A DNA stretch of 64,000 nt, from positions 1,568,001-1,632,000 of the forward strand of contig OY969934.1 in the NCBI GenBank assembly GCA_963704725.1, in the 5' to 3' direction. Under the pieces are notes generated by a model, which worked only from the letters and a program-made list of their open reading frames with translations, was not told the DNA's origin and made no database searches. This document shows positions 41,570 through 51,899 of this stretch, piece by piece; within the stretch, counting starts at the first letter, position 1, and every line of letters starts with the position of its first letter. The stretch comes from an uncultured Actinomycetes bacterium. GTDB taxonomy: Bacteria; Actinomycetota; UBA4738; HRBIN12. The position numbers were made by a program, and so were the translations under genes.

Positions 41570-42135
41570 TCCCGAGTCAGCCAGCGGAGCGCCAGCGCGA
41601 GCGTCGCCAGACTGGCCCCGATCCCGAGGTAGGCGTGGCCGCGATCTCCGGAGACCGCCCAGGAGATCCCGACACCAAGCCCGAGCAGCCCGAGGATCGC
41701 CCACACCACGATGGTCGAGCGCGGCACGGGAAGCCGGACCGCCTCCGGCGTCGGAACGGAGTGGGCACCGGCGGCGGCGGGCTGCCGGATCGTCGGCGTC
41801 TCGACGTCGTCCCGCTTCCACGTGCTCCGGAGGATCAGGATCGCGAACACGAGGTACATGGGCCAGCCGATGACGATGGCCACCGGGTTCAGCGTCCACG
41901 GCCCGAGCAGGAGCACGAGCACGGTGATGGTGATCCGCCCGACGGGGCCGAACGTGGTCACGCCGGCCCGCCAACGGGAGCGCGGCGCCTCCTCCTTCGG
42001 CGTCAGGAAGTGGATCGTGGGGAGCTGGGGCTCGCGCGGGGTGAGATGGCGGACCGGCTCGTAGCAGCGCAGGCACCATCCAACGTTCGGGGCCAGCTCG
42101 GTTCCGCACGCACGACACGTTCGAGATGCGGTCAT
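41566..42135 (-). CDS. Zinc-ribbon membrane protein, hypothetical
   Basis: CRACG...WCLRC N-terminus, about four TM segments; GGAGAG RBS. Confidence 0.65.
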   Translation of the reverse strand: MTASRTCRACGTELAPNVGWCLRCYEPVRHLTPREPQLPTIHFLTPKEEAPRSRWRAGVTTFGPVGRITITVLVLLLGPWTLNPVAIVIGWPMYLVFAILILRSTWKRDDVETPTIRQPAAAGAHSVPTPEAVRLPVPRSTIVVWAILGLLGLGVGISWAVSGDRGHAYLGIGASLATLALALRWLTRD

Positions 42136-42231
42136 CTCTCCACAGGCATCGGCGGCCGCCGGGGCGACCTTCACCCGTAGACTGGGGGCCACGCCAGCGG
42201 TCGCGGCCAGCGGCCGGGAGAGGAGGAAACC

Positions 42232-43605
42232 GTGGCCGAGCTCATGGAGGCCATCACCTCCCTCGCCAAGCGGCGGGGGATCGCGTTCCAGTCCAGCGAG
42301 ATCTACGGCGGCCTGCGCTCGTCGTGGGACTACGGGCCGCTGGGCGTGGAGCTGAAGCGGAACGTCAAGAACGCCTGGTGGCGCTCGGTCGTCCAGCTCC
42401 GCGACGATGTCGTCGGCCTCGACGCCGCCATCATCATGTCGCCGAAGGTGTGGGAGGCGAGCGGCCACCTCGAGGTGTTCACCGACCCGCTCGTCGAGTG
42501 CCTGAACTGCCATCAGCGCTTCCGCGCCGACCACCTCCCGGGCGTCCACGCGCCGCAGTCCGGCCACGAGGACGACGAGACGACGATCGATCTCCAGGCC
42601 CGGCCGACGTGCCCCAACTGCGGTCATCGCGAGTTCACCGACCCGCGGAACTTCAACCTCATGTTCAAGACGCACATGGGCCCGGTGGCCGACGAGTCGA
42701 ACGCCGTCTACCTCCGGCCGGAGACGGCGCAGGGGCAGTTCGTGGACTTCGCGCAGGTCCAGTCGACGAGCCGGAAGAAGGTTCCGTTCGGCATCGCCCA
42801 GATCGGGAAGTCGTTCCGCAACGAGATCACGCCGGGGAACTTCATCTTCCGGCTCCGTGAGTTCGAGCAGATGGAGCTGGAGTTCTTCGTCGAGCCCGGC
42901 ACGGACGAGGAGTGGCACCAGCGCTGGATCGACGAGCGCTTCCGCTGGTACACCGAGCTCGGCATCCGCACCGACAACCTGCGGATCCGCGAGCACGACG
43001 CGGACGAGCTCTCGCACTACGCCAAGCGCACCGTCGACATCGAGTATCGGTTCCCGTTCACGGACTGGGGCGAGCTCGAGGGCATCGCCAACCGCACGGA
43101 CTTCGACCTGAAGCAGCACGAGAAGTTCTCGGGCCAGGACCTCACGTACTTCGACCAGGAGAAGAACGAGCGGTACCACCCGTTCGTGATCGAGCCGTCG
43201 GCCGGGGTCGACCGGTCGATCCTGGCGTTCCTGATCGACGCCTACCGCGAGGAGGACGCCCCGACCGCGAAGGGCGGGACCGAGAAGCGCACGTACCTCG
43301 CCCTGCACCGGGATCTGGCTCCGATCAAGGTCGCGGTGCTCCCGCTCAGCCGGAACGAGCAGCTCTCGCCGACCGCCAGGGGCGTGTTCGACCTGGTGAA
43401 GACGCACTGGATGTGCGGCTTCGACGACGCCGGGTCGATCGGACGCCGCTACCGCAGGCAGGACGAGGTCGGGACGCCGTTCTGCGTGACCGTCGACTTC
43501 GACTCGCTCGAGGATCGGCAGGTCACCGTTCGCGAACGGGACTCGATGCGCCAGGAGCGGCTGCCGATCGAGAACCTCGTCGCTCACCTGGACGAACGGC
43601 TGTAG
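42232..43605 (+). CDS. glyQS: Glycine--tRNA ligase (alpha2 type)
   Basis: [36 protein letters not shown]. Confidence 0.97.
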   Translation: MAELMEAITSLAKRRGIAFQSSEIYGGLRSSWDYGPLGVELKRNVKNAWWRSVVQLRDDVVGLDAAIIMSPKVWEASGHLEVFTDPLVECLNCHQRFRADHLPGVHAPQSGHEDDETTIDLQARPTCPNCGHREFTDPRNFNLMFKTHMGPVADESNAVYLRPETAQGQFVDFAQVQSTSRKKVPFGIAQIGKSFRNEITPGNFIFRLREFEQMELEFFVEPGTDEEWHQRWIDERFRWYTELGIRTDNLRIREHDADELSHYAKRTVDIEYRFPFTDWGELEGIANRTDFDLKQHEKFSGQDLTYFDQEKNERYHPFVIEPSAGVDRSILAFLIDAYREEDAPTAKGGTEKRTYLALHRDLAPIKVAVLPLSRNEQLSPTARGVFDLVKTHWMCGFDDAGSIGRRYRRQDEVGTPFCVTVDFDSLEDRQVTVRERDSMRQERLPIENLVAHLDERL

Positions 43606-43612
43606 GAACCCT

Positions 43613-43819
43613 GTGGACGAGCCGAAACCCCGAAGAGGATGGCCGACCCTCTACGCGCTCGCGTTCGCCCTGATGATCGTCTCGGGCGTGCTGGTCGTCG
43701 TGGGCGGCCTCCAGCGGCTGGACGAGCAGTCCCTGCGGCTCCTCCGGATCTCGTACGGGTTCTCGGTCGCCGCCATCGTCGTGGCCGTGGCCAGCGTGCT
43801 GGTCTCGAGGCGCGGATGA
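43613..43819 (+). CDS. Small two-TM membrane protein
   Basis: Two hydrophobic helices; ATGA overlap with next gene. Confidence 0.65.
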   Translation: MDEPKPRRGWPTLYALAFALMIVSGVLVVVGGLQRLDEQSLRLLRISYGFSVAAIVVAVASVLVSRRG

Positions 43820-45150
43820 GCTCGCGCGCGAGAGCCCTGGCCGGGCTGCTCGCGCTGGTGCTGCTTGGGGCCTGCACGTCCGGCGACGACCGTGGCGGGG
43901 GGACCGGCGGGACGCCCTCGTCCGGCGTGCCGACCTCGCCGGAGGTCGTGCCCTCGCCCGAGAGCGGCCCCGGCTCCGCGCTCGCAGCCTTGGCCGAGCT
44001 CTGCACGATCCCCAAGCCGCAGACGGGAGGCTCCGGCGTCCCCCCCGAGGGGCCGACGCCGCCCGCCATCGCCGAGGTGATGGACCAGGTCGCGCAGATC
44101 CGCGGGTTCGACTTCAGCCGGCCGGTGGTCGCCGAGCCCGTCACGCAGCAGGAGATCGCCGACGGCTACGCCAAGTACCTCGACCAGGCGTACCCCGAGG
44201 ACTTCTACGCCCGGCGCAGCGATGCGTGGCAGACGATCGGCGTGATCCCCGCGGGCACCGGCATCCGCGACGCCATGCTCGCGTACGGGAGCACGCAGGT
44301 GATCGGCTACTACGACACGGTCACGGGCGAGCTGAAGTTCATCGGGGAGGAGGACCCCTCGCCGCTCGAGCGCTTCACGCTCTCCCACGAGCTGACGCAC
44401 GCGATCGACGACCAGAGGTTCGGCCTCGAGCGGATCGACCAGCTCGGCGCCCGGTGCCGCGACGAGGAGCTCGAGGCCTCGATCGGCCTGGTCGAGGGCA
44501 ACGCCACGTTCTTCATGATCCGGTGGGCCAGGACGTTCCTGACGCCCGCCGAGCAGATCGACATGAGCTCGGAGGCGGCCGCTCAGCAGCCGCCCACGGG
44601 CAACATCCCGCCCTTCATCGACGCCACCCAGCTCTGGCCCTACACGGCGGGGCTGCACTTCGTCACGGCGCTCGAGGCCGACGGCGGCCTCGACGCGATC
44701 GATGCGGCCTTCGAGCACCCGCCGATCTCGACTGAACAGGTGATGCATCCGGAGCGGTACCCCAACGACGTCCCGGTCCCGGTGGATGTGCCGGACCTCG
44801 CCCCCGGTCTCGGGGACGGGTGGACCGACCTCGATGTCCAGGGGGTGGGGGAGATGTGGCTCGACCAGGCCCTCCGGCTCCGCCTGGACGACGCCGCGTC
44901 GGACGCCGCCGCCGCCGGATGGGACGGCGGGATCTACCGGGCGTGGTTCCACGACCGGGACGTCGCCGTCGTGCTCGCGACGGCCTGGGACTCGGACGAC
45001 GAGGCCGCGGAGTTCGCGAGGGCGATGACGGACTGGATCGGCGGCTCCGGGCAGAGCGCGACGGTGCTCCCGCCGAGCGGCGCGACCGTCCGCGTCCTGT
45101 TCGCGAGCGACGCCGGGACGCTCAGCGCCCTGGAGTCGGCCGCGGCCTGA
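43816..45150 (+). CDS. Lipoprotein with HExxH zinc-peptidase-like motif
   Basis: Lipobox LLGAC; HELTHAIDDQ...EGNA; PPISTEQVMHPERY; AAAGWDGG. Confidence 0.75.
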   Translation: MSSRARALAGLLALVLLGACTSGDDRGGGTGGTPSSGVPTSPEVVPSPESGPGSALAALAELCTIPKPQTGGSGVPPEGPTPPAIAEVMDQVAQIRGFDFSRPVVAEPVTQQEIADGYAKYLDQAYPEDFYARRSDAWQTIGVIPAGTGIRDAMLAYGSTQVIGYYDTVTGELKFIGEEDPSPLERFTLSHELTHAIDDQRFGLERIDQLGARCRDEELEASIGLVEGNATFFMIRWARTFLTPAEQIDMSSEAAAQQPPTGNIPPFIDATQLWPYTAGLHFVTALEADGGLDAIDAAFEHPPISTEQVMHPERYPNDVPVPVDVPDLAPGLGDGWTDLDVQGVGEMWLDQALRLRLDDAASDAAAAGWDGGIYRAWFHDRDVAVVLATAWDSDDEAAEFARAMTDWIGGSGQSATVLPPSGATVRVLFASDAGTLSALESAAA

Positions 45151-45172
45151 GGCCGCGTCTACACTCGCGCCC

Positions 45173-45931
45173 GTGGAGGGTGCCGCGAAGCTCGTCGCCG
45201 ATCGCATCGAGTGTCGGTTCGGCGAAACGCTTGCCCTGTCCGAGGCAACGCTGGAGGTTCGGGCCGGCGAGTTCGTGGCGGTCGTGGGCCCCTCGGGCTG
45301 CGGCAAGAGCACGCTGTTCAACGCGATCTCCGGGCTGCTGCGGCCAACCTCGGGGCGCGTGCTGCTCGACGGCGAGGACGTCACGGGCCGGACGGGCCAC
45401 ATGGGGTACATGCTTCAGAAGGACCTGCTCCTGCCGTGGCGCACGGTGACGGGGAACATCGTGCTCGGCGCCGCACTCACCCGCGGTGCGACCTCGCAGG
45501 ACGAGGACGAGGCTCGGACCCTCGGATCTCGCTACGGGCTCGGGGAGTTCCTCGACCACTACCCGCACGCGCTCTCGGGCGGCATGCGCCAGCGGGTCGC
45601 GCTCATGCGGACCCTGGCGATGCACCGGGACGTGCTCCTGCTCGACGAGCCCTTCGGCGCGCTCGACTCGCAGACGCGTCTCGAGATGCAGCGCTGGCTC
45701 CTGGAGGTCTGGTCGGAGCTGGATCGGACCGTGCTGTTCGTGACGCACGACGTCGACGAGGCGGTGTTCCTCGCCGACCGCGTCGTGGTGATGACGCCGC
45801 GTCCCGGCCGGATCGAGGCGGCGATCGAGGTCACGATCCCGCGGCCGCGCGGGCTCGAGACCCTCACCTCGAGCCCGTTCATCGACCTCAAGCGACGGGT
45901 GCTCGGGCTGCTGTACGGGGAGGCGGCGTGA
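45173..45931 (+). CDS. ABC transporter ATPase (SsuB/TauB/ThiZ type)
   Basis: GPSGCGKST, LSGGMRQR, LLLDEPFGALD. Confidence 0.95.
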   Translation: MEGAAKLVADRIECRFGETLALSEATLEVRAGEFVAVVGPSGCGKSTLFNAISGLLRPTSGRVLLDGEDVTGRTGHMGYMLQKDLLLPWRTVTGNIVLGAALTRGATSQDEDEARTLGSRYGLGEFLDHYPHALSGGMRQRVALMRTLAMHRDVLLLDEPFGALDSQTRLEMQRWLLEVWSELDRTVLFVTHDVDEAVFLADRVVVMTPRPGRIEAAIEVTIPRPRGLETLTSSPFIDLKRRVLGLLYGEAA

Positions 45932-46767
45932 GCCGGCGCCGTCTCGGCCGGTGGTTGCTCCCGGTGGCGGCCGTGCTCGGCGTGTTCGTGGTCTGGGCGC
46001 TGATCGTCCGGATCTTCTACTTCCGCCAGCCGTACCTCGTGCCGTCGCCGCTGGAGGCGCTGCGCGAGCTGCGGGACGAGTGGCAGGTGCTCCGGCCGCT
46101 GTTCTTGACGACGCTCGAGGAGACCGTGATCGGCTTCGCCTCGGGCGCCGCGTTGGGCTTCGTGCTCGCGGTCCTGATGTCTCGATGGTCGGTGGTCCGT
46201 CGGCTCGTGTATCCGGTGCTCGTGGGCTCCCAGGCCATCCCGGTGGTCGCGATCGCCACGCCGCTCGTGATCCTGCTCGGGTTCGGGCTCCTTCCGAAGG
46301 TGGCCATCGTGGTCTTCATCGTCTTCTTCCCGGTGGTGGTGAACGTCCTCGACGGCTTCGCCAGCGTCGACCGTGATCTCCTGAACCTCGCGCGGATCAT
46401 GGATGGGCGCCCCCTTCGCGTCCTGTGGTCGGTCGAGCTTCCGGCGACCCTCGTCCCGTTGTTCTCGGCCCTGAAGCTCGGCGCCACGTACGCGGTGACC
46501 GGGGCCGTGCTCGGGGAGTGGAACGCGAGCCTCACCCCGGGGCTCGGAAACTATCTGCTGATCCAGAACTCCCGCCTCAACACCGCGGCGGTGTACGCCG
46601 CGGTGTTGCTGCTCACCGCCATCGGCGTCACGGGCTTCCTGCTCATGGTGATCGCGGAGCGGCTCTGCACGCCGTGGCGGAGCCGGTCGGTAGCCCGCCG
46701 CCGGCATCGCCCGGAGCGGGCGGTCGTGCGGGAAGATGTGCCCGTCGGAGAAGGAGGACCACCATGA
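45928..46767 (+). CDS. ABC transporter permease (SsuC/TauC/ThiX type)
   Basis: Multiple TM, SQAIPVVAIA, GAVLGEW...GLG. Confidence 0.92.
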   Translation: MSRRRLGRWLLPVAAVLGVFVVWALIVRIFYFRQPYLVPSPLEALRELRDEWQVLRPLFLTTLEETVIGFASGAALGFVLAVLMSRWSVVRRLVYPVLVGSQAIPVVAIATPLVILLGFGLLPKVAIVVFIVFFPVVVNVLDGFASVDRDLLNLARIMDGRPLRVLWSVELPATLVPLFSALKLGATYAVTGAVLGEWNASLTPGLGNYLLIQNSRLNTAAVYAAVLLLTAIGVTGFLLMVIAERLCTPWRSRSVARRRHRPERAVVREDVPVGEGGPP

Positions 46768-47807
46768 GGCCGCGTTCGTCGCTCGTCACGGGTCTGCTCT
46801 CGCTCGCGCTCATCGCGGCCGCCTGCGGGGGGAGCGAGGGAGGCGCGACCGGGCCCACGGGCACCGGCGCCACCGGGCCGACCCCGACCGGGGACGGCGT
46901 CGCCCCGGGCACCTCCCTGACGATCGTGACCGAGTGGCCCTTCCCGGACCCCCTGTGGATCCCCTTCCTCGCGGCGCAGGACCAGGGCTACTACGCGGAC
47001 GCGGGTCTGGACGTGACCCTCCAGACGCCGCCGGACAACTCGACGACGATGAAGATGCTCGCCCGCGGCGACGCGCAGGTCGGGCTCTCGGCGACGACCG
47101 ACGTGGTGTTCGCGCGGGCCCAGGACCTGCCGGTGGTGTCCATCTCGAACATGACCCAATCGAACAACTGGGGGCTGTTCCAGCTCGGTGACCAGCCGAT
47201 CGACGTCTCCTCGCTGGCCGGAAAGACGATCGGTATCTACAACGACTCCTGGACGGCCGCGATGCTCCCCCTGGTGCTGGCGTCGGGCGGCCTGACGATG
47301 GACGACGTCGACACGGTCGCCGCCACGGCGAGCGTGATCCCGTTGCTGCTCCGCGGCAGGATCGACGTGGCCACCGAGGTCACCAACCTCGGCGGCGTCG
47401 AGATCTCGACGAGCGGAGGCGGTTCGTTCACGCAGCTCCTCGGCCCGGAGGCGGGCACGCCCGACACCCCCGTGTGGGTCTACGTCGCCAACTCGGAGTG
47501 GGCGGCCTCGAACCCCGACGCCGCCTCGGCCTGGCTCGAGGCGACGCGCAAGGGCATCGAGTGGGCGAGCCAGAACCCCGATGCCGCCGTGGCGCTGTTC
47601 GAGCAGGCCTACCCGGAGGCGGCCACGGACAACGGCTACAACCTCGACGCGTGGAACGCCACCGTCCCGCTCCTCACCATCTCCGGCTCCTACCCGGCGC
47701 AGACCGACGAGGAGTGGTCCTCGTTCACACAGGCGCTCGTCGATGCGGGGCAGGTCGACTCGGCGCTCGCGCCGGGGGAGTACTACACGAACGACTACGC
47801 GCCGTAG
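46764..47807 (+). CDS. ABC substrate-binding lipoprotein (NMT1/THI5/SsuA-like)
   Basis: Lipobox IAAAC; AQDQGYYADAGLDV, LAGKTIG; AAGGAGG RBS. Confidence 0.88.
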   Translation: MRPRSSLVTGLLSLALIAAACGGSEGGATGPTGTGATGPTPTGDGVAPGTSLTIVTEWPFPDPLWIPFLAAQDQGYYADAGLDVTLQTPPDNSTTMKMLARGDAQVGLSATTDVVFARAQDLPVVSISNMTQSNNWGLFQLGDQPIDVSSLAGKTIGIYNDSWTAAMLPLVLASGGLTMDDVDTVAATASVIPLLLRGRIDVATEVTNLGGVEISTSGGGSFTQLLGPEAGTPDTPVWVYVANSEWAASNPDAASAWLEATRKGIEWASQNPDAAVALFEQAYPEAATDNGYNLDAWNATVPLLTISGSYPAQTDEEWSSFTQALVDAGQVDSALAPGEYYTNDYAP

Positions 47808-47855
47808 CCGTCGCCGCGAGCGAATCGGCCGCGGATGGCATAGGGTCGGCCGTGG

Positions 47856-48113
47856 ATGGGCCGATCCCAGGCGGATGCACCCGCGGCCGGGAGTGGGGGC
47901 TCGGTGCGAGGCTGGGGGATCGCGGTCGTTCGCGCGATCGCGATGCTCGTGGTCGTCTTCGTTGTGTTCGCCGTGGTCCCGAACTGGCTCCTGGGACGCC
48001 TGGCGACGAGGGTGACCTCCACGGGGCGCGACCTCATCCTCGTCGGCTGGTCGACCGTCGCGTTCGTGGGCGCCGGGTGGCTGTTCTTTCGCCTCCAGCG
48101 CGGGGAGCGTTGA
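47856..48113 (+). CDS. Small two-TM membrane protein
   Basis: Two hydrophobic helices; TTGA overlap with flavoprotein gene; start uncertain. Confidence 0.6.
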   Translation: MGRSQADAPAAGSGGSVRGWGIAVVRAIAMLVVVFVVFAVVPNWLLGRLATRVTSTGRDLILVGWSTVAFVGAGWLFFRLQRGER

Positions 48114-49951
48114 GCGTGTCGTTCGTGGCCCGGCAGGTCGGCGGCGAGTGGTTCGACGACAACGTGCCGTGCACCCGCGCCTGCCCCGTGCTGACGATGG
48201 CGGGTCGGTACGTCGCCGCGATCGCGGCCGGCGACGACAGGTTGGCGTACGAGATCGCGCGCCTGCCGAACCCGTTTCCCTCGATCTGCGGCCGCGTCTG
48301 CGCGGCGCCGTGCGAGATCGCGTGCCGACGAGGCTCGATCGACCAGCCGATCGCCATCCGAGCGCTCAAGCGCCACGTGTGCGAGCGGTTCGGCGTCGAG
48401 AGCGAGCACGGCGACGAGGTCTACCGGCGCGCGGCCACGATCGCGCCTCCGCGGAGCGAGCGCATCGCCGTGATCGGCTCGGGCCCGGCCGGCCTTGCCT
48501 GCGCGCACGACCTGGCCACGTTCGGCTATCGGCCGGTCGTGTTCGAGGCCGCGGATCGTCCGGGCGGTCAGATGGTGCTGTCGATCCCGCCGTACCGGCT
48601 CCGCCGAGACCTCCTGGAGAGGGAGATCGACGCCGTGCTCGGCATGGGGGTGGAGGTGCGGACCGAGACGGCGCTCGGCCGCGACTTCACGCTCGCCTCG
48701 CTCTTCGACGACGGCTTCGAGGCGGTCTTCCTCGGGATCGGGGCGACCCGCGGTCGCGACCTGAACATCCCCGGACACGACAAGGACGGCGTCCTCAAGG
48801 CGATCGACTTTCTGCTCAACGCCAGCCTGGGCTACACGGTGGAGCTCGGCGCCGAGGTGCTGGTGATCGGCGGGGGAAACGTGGCCCTCGACGCCGCGCG
48901 GACGGCGCTCCGCACCCCCGCCACGAGTGGCGACGGGGACTCCCTCGCGGAGGCGGGGGAGGTCCAGGCCACGGCGGTGTTCGACGTCGCCCGGACCGCC
49001 GCCCGGATGGGCGCGCGGGTCACGGTCGTCTCGCTCGAGAACCGCGAGGAGATGCCGGCGCACGAATTCGAGATCGAGGAGGCCGAGGTCGAGGGGATCG
49101 CGCTGCGTCACCGGCTGGGGCCGAAGGCGATCGTCGGAAACGGACAGGTCACCGGTCTCGAGGTCCTCGACGTCTCATCCGTGTTCGACGCCGACGGCCG
49201 GTTCAACCCCAAGATGATCGACGGAACCGAGCGGGTCATCCCATGCGACTCGGTGATCATCGCGATCGGACAGTCGCCCGACCTGTCGTGGATGCGTCCG
49301 GAGGACGGCCTCGAGACCGGGCCGGGTGGGACGATCCGGGTCGACTCCGAGTCCCTGGCGACCAGCGACGGGAGGATCTACGCGGGCGGCGACGTCGCCT
49401 TCGGCCCGCGCAACCTGATCGATGCGATCGGCGACGGCCGGCGCGCTGCGGCCTCGATCCATCGGCAGATCGCGGGCGCCGAGCCGCCCCGGCCGACGCT
49501 CTCGAACCGCCGGATGCTGCCGATCGTCTCAGTCAATCGGGGTGCGGGCGGCCGCACGTACACCGAGCGCGATCGCGTCCCCGTTCCCGCCGAGCCCACC
49601 GGCCGCCGGATCGGCTCGCCGGAGGTGGAGCTCGGTTACACGGAGGCGGAGGCCCGCGAGGAGGCCGGCCGATGCCTGCAGTGCTTCCTCAACATCATGC
49701 TCGACGAGACCCGGTGCATCCTGTGCCGGGGATGCGTGGACGTGTGTCCGGAGCGGTGCATCCGGATCCTGCCCGCCGAGCAGGTCGCCGGGATCGAGGT
49801 GCACGAGCCGTCGAGCGTCCTGGTGATCCAGGAGGAGCTGTGCATCCGCTGCGGGCTGTGTGTGGACCGCTGCCCCACGGACGCGCTGTCGCTCGAGGGC
49901 TGGTCGGAGGCGTCCTCGGCGCCGGTCGCGCTCGAGCTGGTGCCGCGGTGA
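48110..49951 (+). CDS. GltD/NfnB-like FAD/NAD(P)H oxidoreductase with C-terminal 2x[4Fe-4S] ferredoxin
   Basis: [41 protein letters not shown]; RCLQC; [12 protein letters not shown] and [12 protein letters not shown]. Confidence 0.92.
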   Translation: MSVSFVARQVGGEWFDDNVPCTRACPVLTMAGRYVAAIAAGDDRLAYEIARLPNPFPSICGRVCAAPCEIACRRGSIDQPIAIRALKRHVCERFGVESEHGDEVYRRAATIAPPRSERIAVIGSGPAGLACAHDLATFGYRPVVFEAADRPGGQMVLSIPPYRLRRDLLEREIDAVLGMGVEVRTETALGRDFTLASLFDDGFEAVFLGIGATRGRDLNIPGHDKDGVLKAIDFLLNASLGYTVELGAEVLVIGGGNVALDAARTALRTPATSGDGDSLAEAGEVQATAVFDVARTAARMGARVTVVSLENREEMPAHEFEIEEAEVEGIALRHRLGPKAIVGNGQVTGLEVLDVSSVFDADGRFNPKMIDGTERVIPCDSVIIAIGQSPDLSWMRPEDGLETGPGGTIRVDSESLATSDGRIYAGGDVAFGPRNLIDAIGDGRRAAASIHRQIAGAEPPRPTLSNRRMLPIVSVNRGAGGRTYTERDRVPVPAEPTGRRIGSPEVELGYTEAEAREEAGRCLQCFLNIMLDETRCILCRGCVDVCPERCIRILPAEQVAGIEVHEPSSVLVIQEELCIRCGLCVDRCPTDALSLEGWSEASSAPVALELVPR

Positions 49952-49952
49952 G

Positions 49953-50792
49953 ATGAGGCCGATGTCGTCGAACGGGCGGAAGCTGCGGGACCGGGAGTGG
50001 TACAAGGCGCTGCTGCATCCGGGCGAAACGTTCCGCGAGAGCGAGGTCTACCGCTCGGCGATCCGACACCCCAGGCCCGATACGCCGCGCGGCCGGGCGC
50101 TGACGTCGTTCCAGAGCTTCTTCCTGCACATCTATCCGGTGAAGGTCCCGGCCGCCGTCGCCAGGACCAGGACCACGCTCCGGCTCGGATTCATCGCGAC
50201 GGTGCTCTTCGCGATCCTGTTCGTCTCCGGGATGTACCTGATGTTCTTCTACCACCCGGCCGTCCCCGACGCGTACTTCGACATGCATACGCTCGCGACG
50301 TCGGTCACGTTCGGGCAGTTCGTCCGCAACGTGCATCGCTGGTCGGCGCACCTGATGGTGGTCGTGGTGGCGCTGCACCTCCTGCGGGTCTTCTACTCCG
50401 GGGCGTACCGGGCGCCGCGACAGTTCAACTGGGTGATCGGCGTCGGCCTGTTCGTCGTCACCCTGCTGCTGTCGTTCACCGGCTACCTGCTGCCGTGGGA
50501 CCAGCTCGCGTTCTGGGCCATCACCGTCGGGACGAACATCGCCGGCTACGTGCCGCTCCTCGGCGGCCACGTTCGTTCGCTCCTGCTCGGCGGGAGCGAC
50601 GTGACCGGAGACGCGCTGTTGCGCTTCTACGTGCTGCACATCTACCTCTTGCCGACCCTGATGGTGATCGGCATCGCCATCCACGTCTGGCGCGTCCGAA
50701 AGGACGGGTTCGCGGTCCAGGACCGCGTGGAGGAAGAGCCCGTGCACCTCGAGGAGTCCGAGGCGAAGGAGGTGGCCGATGTCCGCTCGTGA
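49953..50792 (+). CDS. Cytochrome b, N-terminal (b6/PetB-type) subunit
   Basis: HRWSAHLM...[23 protein letters not shown]...IAIH: four heme His ligands; ends after helix D. Confidence 0.93.
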   Translation: MRPMSSNGRKLRDREWYKALLHPGETFRESEVYRSAIRHPRPDTPRGRALTSFQSFFLHIYPVKVPAAVARTRTTLRLGFIATVLFAILFVSGMYLMFFYHPAVPDAYFDMHTLATSVTFGQFVRNVHRWSAHLMVVVVALHLLRVFYSGAYRAPRQFNWVIGVGLFVVTLLLSFTGYLLPWDQLAFWAITVGTNIAGYVPLLGGHVRSLLLGGSDVTGDALLRFYVLHIYLLPTLMVIGIAIHVWRVRKDGFAVQDRVEEEPVHLEESEAKEVADVRS

Positions 50793-51291
50793 GCCCGAGC
50801 CGCGATTCCGCCTCCTCGGGGTCGTCTCCAAGGAGGTCGAGCAGCAGCGGGACGAGGAGCTGCCCGAGGACGCGGTCTTCACGTGGCCGCACTTCCTGAT
50901 CCGCCATGCGGTCGTCGCCGCCGGGGTGGTCGTCGTCGTGTTCGTGCTGGCGATCCTGTTCCAGGCGCCGCTGAAGGACATCGCGAACCCCAGCGAGACG
51001 CCGGACGTGGCGAAGGCGCCCTGGTACTTCGCCGGTCTCCAGGAGCTGCTCCACTGGCTCCAGCCGGTCGTCGCCGGCGTGCTCATCCCGGGCGCGGCGC
51101 TCACGTGGCTGGTCGCGCTCCCGTACCTGGACCGCGGACGCGGTTGGAGGATCCGGGACCGGAGGTTCGTCGTCGTGGTATTCACGGTCGTGGCGGTCGC
51201 CGCGCTCGTGCTGACCGTCGTCGGCACGTTCTTCCGGGGGCCGGAGTGGAGCTGGGTCTGGCCGTGGACCCACAACTACGCGGAGTTCTGA
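50779..51291 (+). CDS. Cytochrome b C-terminal (subunit IV/PetD-type) protein
   Basis: FTWPH, ANPSETP..AKAPWYF (PEWY variant), LPYLDR; three TM. Confidence 0.88.
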   Translation: MSAREPEPRFRLLGVVSKEVEQQRDEELPEDAVFTWPHFLIRHAVVAAGVVVVVFVLAILFQAPLKDIANPSETPDVAKAPWYFAGLQELLHWLQPVVAGVLIPGAALTWLVALPYLDRGRGWRIRDRRFVVVVFTVVAVAALVLTVVGTFFRGPEWSWVWPWTHNYAEF

Positions 51292-51292
51292 C

Positions 51293-51889
51293 ATGAGCGA
51301 CGAGCACAGCGAGCAGGGCCCGCCCGAGGCGGGCGAGCCGAGCGCGCAGGGTCCCCAGCCCGATCGTCCGGGCGGCATGGATCGCCGACGGTTCATGAGC
51401 GGGGCGTGGAAGACGATCGGCGTCGTGCTGGTCGGGGAGGGCGTGTGGACCTCCTACGACCTGCTGAACCCGAAGTCGGCGGCGGGCGGGGGCGTGATCG
51501 ACGCGGGACCGGTGAGCGACTTCGAGCAGGACGGCTCGGTCAGCTACTTCCTGAACGGGCGGTTCTACGTCACCAACCACCAGGGCGGGCTCCGAGCGCT
51601 CTACCAGAAGTGCCCGCACCTCGGTTGCCGGGTCCCGTTCTGCACGAGCTCCGGTCAGTTCGAGTGCCCCTGCCACGGGAGCGTCTACAACCTCATCGGC
51701 GAGTACCTGCGAGGGCCGACGCCGCGCGGCATGGACCGCTTCGAGATCTCGATCGAGAACGACCGGGTGATGGTGGACACGGGCGCGCTCGTCGAGGGGC
51801 CGCCGCGCGACGAGCTGACCGGGCCCTCCGAGCCGGCCGGGCCGTCCTGCGTGACGACGCAGGGCGATTCGTCGCCGGCGGGTGCCTAG
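51293..51889 (+). CDS. Rieske [2Fe-2S] protein
   Basis: Tat-like DRRRFM plus TM; CPHLGC and CPCHGSVY; GPTPRGM. Confidence 0.94.
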   Translation: MSDEHSEQGPPEAGEPSAQGPQPDRPGGMDRRRFMSGAWKTIGVVLVGEGVWTSYDLLNPKSAAGGGVIDAGPVSDFEQDGSVSYFLNGRFYVTNHQGGLRALYQKCPHLGCRVPFCTSSGQFECPCHGSVYNLIGEYLRGPTPRGMDRFEISIENDRVMVDTGALVEGPPRDELTGPSEPAGPSCVTTQGDSSPAGA

Positions 51890-51899
51890 GAGTCCCGAC

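Noticed and set aside
45100-45172. TPP riboswitch before the THI5-like ABC transporter
   Set aside because: Only 22 nt intergenic and no TPP aptamer core
48110-49951. Glutamate synthase small subunit (gltD)
   Set aside because: No gltB nearby, extra ferredoxin domain, and coupling to cytochrome b genes
49953-51889. Canonical actinobacterial qcrCAB or photosynthetic b6f
   Set aside because: Cytochrome b is split, Rieske is short with one TM, cytochrome c is monoheme, and there is no cytochrome f or heme ci Cys
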